From assembly GCA_019057865.1 (NCBI GenBank), contig JAHLWP010000003.1:32001-96000 (forward strand): DNA of 64,000 nucleotides, written 5' to 3'. Made by a program: the position numbers and the translations under genes. Source of the DNA: Promethearchaeota archaeon. GTDB lineage: Archaea; Asgardarchaeota; Lokiarchaeia; Sigyniarchaeales; SOKP01. The notes beneath the pieces are model-generated. The model was not told the origin of the DNA and ran no database searches. It was given only the letters and a program-made list of their open reading frames with translations. Shown one piece after another: positions 58,880-64,000 of the stretch; position 1 is the first letter of the stretch, and each line of letters starts with the position of its first letter.

Positions 58880-60976
58880 TTATATTGCGATTGAAGTTAA
58901 TAACGCAGGATGATCTGCTGCCGTACCCCCGAAATAAGTTACTTCAATATAACTACTTAAAGCAGTTAAATCGGGTGATATGAACATTTGATCTATTCTT
59001 TCTACAGGAAGTCGAGTCTCCCAATCATTAGGAACACTACCTATTGATGTTGAATTTGCAATTTCCCAACAATCATCTAAAGGATGAGCTATAGTAATAT
59101 TATAATGTTCAGTATCAGGTTCAAAATTAAAATCTCCCATCAAAATAACATTAGTTTTTGCTCCAATTCTTTCTAATATTTGCTCTTGTTGGATTATATG
59201 AGACCTATCAAATGGAGATACGTTTGGGTCTATAAAATTTCCAAGATGGGTAATAAATACATTATAAATAATAGCTCCAATTGTTATTTGTGCTTCGATA
59301 GTTGCTGTTTGTTCCCCCTCACTTTCCATATAAAACGTTTTAGCACTTTTAATAGGATATTTTGATAATAAAGCTAAGCCATAGGTACCAGTAACGGTCT
59401 TTGGACCGAAATATGAATAATATTTTAAACGATTATTGATATATCTTACGATATCTGCATTTCCACCAGAAATTCTACAAGTATCTGACTCTTGCAATCC
59501 TATTATTGAAGCATTAGCATTTTTTATGACTTCATATTGCCCTTCAAAATTCTTATCTCCATTTTCATCATACCCTTGCTGAATATTATAAGATAGAATC
59601 CTTATTGGATTGTCTATATCACCTTCCTTATCTGGCATTTCGAGCACAATTACACCTATTATTGTCCCAATACACATTATTCCTATTAATCCAGAAATTT
59701 TAAGCTTGCCCTTAAAGTTGTTTCTCGAGTGTTTTGTAAATAATAATGAATCCTTTCTAACTAATAAAATTGGTAAAGCTATCACTAATCCAACAATTAG
59801 AAATACGAACCAGATCATATCTCTGAAGAATGTTCCAACATAAGGTATGTAGTCCCAAACTATAGTAAATACAGCAGAAAAAATCATAAGCAAAAGATAT
59901 ATTGATGTTATAAAAAAACTTCCACCAATCTTTCGAATAGATGGCTTACTCCTAAACAGCTCTCTTGTTAACAATGTAAAATCAATTAATATTATTGGTG
60001 AAAGAATAAGCATAATATAGAGTGGAATATGATGAAATATTGTTGTAGTAGGAGCATAAGTAGGGTATGATGATATAAATAAGAAAGGTATCTGATGAAC
60101 TCCTATGGTTAAAACGAGCATAAGAACAAAAAGACCATTCCAGATTAATATTCCTCTAAAAGTAATTTTATTGATTATATCTGGCTTAAAAGCAACAAGA
60201 AAGATAAAGGCTGTTATTGCTATAATTGTAATTATTGTAATTGCGGTATAATTCCCTTCAGTCCATCTTGAAATTACAACAGGACTACTAAAAGCGAAAT
60301 AAATTAGTACTAAAATACTTGTTATACCAAAACTTAAGCCAAGAATTTTCCATTTACTTCCCTTTTTCTCTTGATTGGGTGCATTAATAGAAGAACTAAC
60401 TTCTTCTCCAAAAATTTTTGTTATTCGATCAGGATTTAAGAAATTTATCAGCATAATTGCAGCAATAGCAGCAAGAATCCAACCAATCCATAAAAACCAA
60501 AAATGAAATGTAAGATCAAATGTAGAACCTAAAGTTCTGAAAAGAATTAACATTCCTAATCCTATACTTAATTCCACTCCTATTAATAAACTGTTTTTCT
60601 CTTCATTTCCTTTTGATTTTGATTGAAGAAAAGCTGGGAAGAATAGCATAAAGCAAAAAACACCTATACCCGTTAATATCATCCTAATTTGAGTATTAAA
60701 TAATGGTTCTAAAATTCTACAGATCACCATGATTTCTCCAATAATTACTAATCCTTTATTCGGGAAACTTTTTTTGAATATTGGCACAAGTAATATTATA
60801 GGACTTAATAAAAATAGGGCAGCAGCTATATTCTCATTCAGTTCGACTTCAATAAGGTTCAAAGCATAAATCGACTCAATAAAATCTGATATCAGCTGGA
60901 AAAAGAACAGAAATAGTATGCTAATCAGAATTAATTCTGAATAATATTTGCTAAAATATTTGTTATAGATTTCCAT
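58880..60976 (-). CDS. multi-pass membrane protein with C-terminal EEP domain, Cwh43/PGAP2IP-like
   Basis: about 13 TMs; SYNIQQG, GLQESD..RISGGNAD, FGP...YGLALLSKYPI, THL, MGDFN, RIDQMF, DHP. Confidence 0.85.
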   Translation of the reverse strand: MEIYNKYFSKYYSELILISILFLFFFQLISDFIESIYALNLIEVELNENIAAALFLLSPIILLVPIFKKSFPNKGLVIIGEIMVICRILEPLFNTQIRMILTGIGVFCFMLFFPAFLQSKSKGNEEKNSLLIGVELSIGLGMLILFRTLGSTFDLTFHFWFLWIGWILAAIAAIMLINFLNPDRITKIFGEEVSSSINAPNQEKKGSKWKILGLSFGITSILVLIYFAFSSPVVISRWTEGNYTAITIITIIAITAFIFLVAFKPDIINKITFRGILIWNGLFVLMLVLTIGVHQIPFLFISSYPTYAPTTTIFHHIPLYIMLILSPIILIDFTLLTRELFRSKPSIRKIGGSFFITSIYLLLMIFSAVFTIVWDYIPYVGTFFRDMIWFVFLIVGLVIALPILLVRKDSLLFTKHSRNNFKGKLKISGLIGIMCIGTIIGVIVLEMPDKEGDIDNPIRILSYNIQQGYDENGDKNFEGQYEVIKNANASIIGLQESDTCRISGGNADIVRYINNRLKYYSYFGPKTVTGTYGLALLSKYPIKSAKTFYMESEGEQTATIEAQITIGAIIYNVFITHLGNFIDPNVSPFDRSHIIQQEQILERIGAKTNVILMGDFNFEPDTEHYNITIAHPLDDCWEIANSTSIGSVPNDWETRLPVERIDQMFISPDLTALSSYIEVTYFGGTAADHPALLTSIAI

Positions 60977-61051
60977 AATAATTACTTTAAAATCTTCTTA
61001 TATATAAATTTTAAATTGCTTTATAAAAGAAACAGATCAAAAAAATATTAT

Positions 61052-61288
61052 CTATAGTTTAAGTCTATTTAATTCTTCCTTAATCAGTTGTACTTTATTT
61101 GGTTTTAAGTCATATATTTTCCACATTAAGAGGAATGAAATGAAATAGAAAATCATTGGAACTAATGCCATAATAACTCGTATACCGAATAATGCTAAAC
61201 CTGTTTGATCACTCCCACCAGGAGCATAAGATGTAATCATATGAACCGTTGCGAATACTATTGCGCCTATGAAATTTTTAGTCAACAA
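61052..61288 (-). pseudogene. C-terminal fragment of a GPH-family MFS transporter
   Basis: only the last two TMs (Q..LALFGIRVIMALVP...YDL), resembling the end of the 63247 gene; no room upstream. Confidence 0.65.
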
Positions 61289-61318
61289 ATCTTCATTTTC
61301 TTTTTATATTTTTGAACT

Positions 61319-62206
61319 TTATTCTTGATATTTTAATATAAAATCAATTAATTCTTGATTTTTTCTTAATAACCCATACATACCCTTTCTAAGTTTATCT
61401 TTCATACTTTTAGTTAATTCCTTAATATCAAATGAATTATTACTAATAGCGGTCTTAAGCTTAGTTAAAAGTTCAAACAATATCATTTGGTTGATAATTT
61501 TCCCTTTATATTGTCGGCTAGATAAATCACTAGCAAGAAATAGGTATATAGGTGATATATCCTCTGGAGGTATTAATTTAGGTGTAATTTGTCCTCTTTT
61601 GGCGCTATCCTCGGATAATCTAGTTTTAATTGCTCCAGGTAATATTACATTTACTCGTATATTATACGGACTTAACTCTTCATCAAGGCATTTACTCATT
61701 GCTGTAACACCTGCTTTCGCTGCAGAATATGCAACTTGATTAGGATTAAAAAATATATTTCCATGGACTGAAGCAGTCATTATTATATTTCCCCCTCCAT
61801 TTTCAATCATTTTTGGAAGAATTAGCTTAATCATAGCATAGTAGGCAATAAGATTTAAATTAAACAATTTTACGACTTTATCAAGAGAAACTTCGATCAT
61901 TGGGCAATAATATGACATTCCAGCATTATTAACTAAAATATCAATTCTATTGAAGTGATTAAAATATATTTCCACTACAGATTTTGCACCAGCTATATTA
62001 GAAAGATCTGCTGGGATTAATAACGCTTTAACATTAAACTTTTTAATATTTTTTACTGTTTGCTCTAATTCATCTTTTTCTAATGCAGTCACAGCAACAT
62101 CTGCACCGTGTTTTGCAAATTCAAGAGCTACAGCTCTACCAATACCTCTCCCTCCTCCTGTTATTAATGCATACTTTCCTTCTAAAAGTTTCATTATCCT
62201 TACCAT
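61319..62206 (-). CDS. short-chain dehydrogenase/reductase
   Basis: TGGGRGIG, DILVNNAG, YSAAK, IRVNVILPG. Confidence 0.93.
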   Translation of the reverse strand: MVRIMKLLEGKYALITGGGRGIGRAVALEFAKHGADVAVTALEKDELEQTVKNIKKFNVKALLIPADLSNIAGAKSVVEIYFNHFNRIDILVNNAGMSYYCPMIEVSLDKVVKLFNLNLIAYYAMIKLILPKMIENGGGNIIMTASVHGNIFFNPNQVAYSAAKAGVTAMSKCLDEELSPYNIRVNVILPGAIKTRLSEDSAKRGQITPKLIPPEDISPIYLFLASDLSSRQYKGKIINQMILFELLTKLKTAISNNSFDIKELTKSMKDKLRKGMYGLLRKNQELIDFILKYQE

Positions 62207-62300
62207 AATAATGATTGATAATATTTAACATAAATATTTCTAAATATTTCTAAATAAAGCATAATTAAAAATGATATAAGATAATAAAGAGGTAATTAAT

Positions 62301-63218
62301 ATTAAACCCAATATTCTTACGGAAGAAAAAGTAATAATTACAGCAGCTATAACTGGTGGAATTCATGGAAAATGGGCAAATCCAAGTTTACCTATAACTG
62401 CTGAAGAACAAGCACAAACTGCCCTTGAATGTTATGAAGCGGGAGCCGCCATTGTTCATATTCATGTACGTGGTGATGATGGGCAAAATACGCCTGATTT
62501 AAAATTTTATAATAAAACTATTAAATTAATTGGTGAGAAATGCCCTATAATTAGACAAATTGGCAATGGAATAGGCGCTCGTTTAGAGGAACATAAATAT
62601 ACTACAAGATCAGGCAAAAAGAGAGTTTCCGCAGAAATAGTACAACCCACATTGGAAGAACGATTAAATCTATTAAATATTGATCCTCCACCAGAGATGC
62701 ATACTATTAATGCTGGTTCTTTTGAATTTAGAACGCCTTACGGAGGTGCATTATTTAATAACCCTATAGATTTTAATAGAAAATACATAAAGAGATGTAA
62801 GAGAAAGGGCTTTGGTCTTGAGATTGAAGTTTATGATTCAAGCCATATTGCTAATATATTGGAATTTGTAGACACAGGATTACTCCAACCCCCATTACAT
62901 TTTAGTATTGTTTTGGGAATCAAAGGAGGCGCCCCTGCAACTGTTTCAAACTTATTAAATATGGTTGATCAAATTCCAGAAGGTTCAACATGGCAAGTGG
63001 TAACAGTAGGAAAGTTTAATTTAAGAACTACTGTAATTGCTATGTGTATGGGGGGTAATATCAGAACTGGACTTGAAGACACTATTTACTATGGAAAAGG
63101 GGAACTTGCAGAAGGTAATGTTCAATTAGTTAAACGAATGGTTAGATTAGCTAAAGAGATTGGAAGAGAATCCGCAAACTTAGATGAGACTAAAGAAATA
63201 CTCGGTATAAAAAGGTAA
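62301..63218 (+). CDS. kce: 3-keto-5-aminohexanoate cleavage enzyme family (BKACE/DUF849); probable ATT start
   Basis: in-frame upstream extension of the 62652 ORF encodes KVIITAAITGG, NPSLP and GAAIVHIHVR; C-terminal RTGLED. Confidence 0.88.
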   Translation: MKPNILTEEKVIITAAITGGIHGKWANPSLPITAEEQAQTALECYEAGAAIVHIHVRGDDGQNTPDLKFYNKTIKLIGEKCPIIRQIGNGIGARLEEHKYTTRSGKKRVSAEIVQPTLEERLNLLNIDPPPEMHTINAGSFEFRTPYGGALFNNPIDFNRKYIKRCKRKGFGLEIEVYDSSHIANILEFVDTGLLQPPLHFSIVLGIKGGAPATVSNLLNMVDQIPEGSTWQVVTVGKFNLRTTVIAMCMGGNIRTGLEDTIYYGKGELAEGNVQLVKRMVRLAKEIGRESANLDETKEILGIKR

Positions 63219-63246
63219 TTTCAAAAAAATAGAAAAAAAAATATTC

Positions 63247-63999
63247 TTATTTTAATTCTGGATGTTTTGATAATTCTTCTCTCATTTGAATTAATTTTTC
63301 ACCATGTAAATCATAAGATCTAAAGCATAAGAATGATCCTATAAGAGCAATCGAAGGAAATAAGAACATCACCAATTTTAAACCAAGAATTGTTAAATCA
63401 GGGTCATCAGTAACAGGCGTATAATCACTCCAACCCGTTCCTGAAAATATAATAGCAATAGTAGTAATACCTAGTATCATTGAAAATCGATGTATAAAAG
63501 CATTTACACCATAATAGCTAGCTGCCCTTTTCACACCAAAATTAAGAGCATCTTGGTCAATAACATCTGCGTGTATTAGATCAACGTAAAATAAAGCAGC
63601 AGATAAACCGAAACCAATAGTAACAAATACAACCAGTGACAAAATTCTGCTTAGGTCATTATTTGATAAAAATAATAATGGAAGTAATGTCAAAATCCAA
63701 ATTAATTGTCCTGCCATTAAACCTTTTCTTGTACCTAATTTTTTACTAATTTTAATGTGCAATGGCATAAAGATTGCTGCTGATAGAAGTGCTAACATCA
63801 AGGTTACTCCAATTAAAAAAGCATCCTCAGTTCTTCCAAGTACAAAAACGGAATAGAGAGGAAAGGCAGTTAGTAGTACATTAAAGCAATACCATATAAG
63901 CATGTTTCCTAAAGTAAATTTTATAAAAGTCTTGTTTGAAAATGTAATTTTTATAGATTTAAAAAATCCTGGTCTTTTTTCAAAATCACTTATATCTTC
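63247..63999 (-). CDS. GPH-family MFS transporter (5' end outside the window)
   Basis: ADVIDQD....GVKRAASYYG; the frame is open to the window end. Confidence 0.88.
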   Translation of the reverse strand, partial: EDISDFEKRPGFFKSIKITFSNKTFIKFTLGNMLIWYCFNVLLTAFPLYSVFVLGRTEDAFLIGVTLMLALLSAAIFMPLHIKISKKLGTRKGLMAGQLIWILTLLPLLFLSNNDLSRILSLVVFVTIGFGLSAALFYVDLIHADVIDQDALNFGVKRAASYYGVNAFIHRFSMILGITTIAIIFSGTGWSDYTPVTDDPDLTILGLKLVMFLFPSIALIGSFLCFRSYDLHGEKLIQMREELSKHPELK

Positions 64000-64000
64000 T

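Overview
This is a very AT-rich archaeal window whose gene content points strongly to an Asgard archaeon of the Lokiarchaeia type. Markers include many small GTPases fused to longin/roadblock domains, a ubiquitin-E1-E2-JAB cluster, eL13, TBP, an archaeosortase and UPF0147. I found no rRNA, tRNA, CRISPR array or transposase. Housekeeping and metabolic genes include acetone carboxylase acxABC, an M29 aminopeptidase, a frameshifted Ogg, PpsA, an MtrH-like protein, a macro domain protein, Kce and SDR/MFS genes. Two signalling regions stand out. (1) At about 40-55.4 kb, three 7TM proteins carry a cytoplasmic C4C4 RING-type finger, and a fourth paralogue lacks it. They flank a Ubl (GG plus propeptide), E2, E1 and JAB protease, mixed with longin-GTPases and Rab-like GTPases. 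This is a candidate receptor-coupled ubiquitination system. (2) At about 21-31 kb and 41.7-44 kb are Rag-like and Rab-like GTPases, four of them fused to an FLCN/SMCR8/NPRL2-like longin domain. That domain keeps an Arg-Gly at the apparent arginine-finger position in three copies and lacks it in one. A roadblock protein and a catalytically dead NrdD lie in the same region. Other oddities are apparent ATT start codons, a CUB-TM-longin receptor-like giant protein, a longin-GTPase-nitrilase fusion and a Cwh43-like protein. All family calls come from motif recognition by eye; no searches were run.
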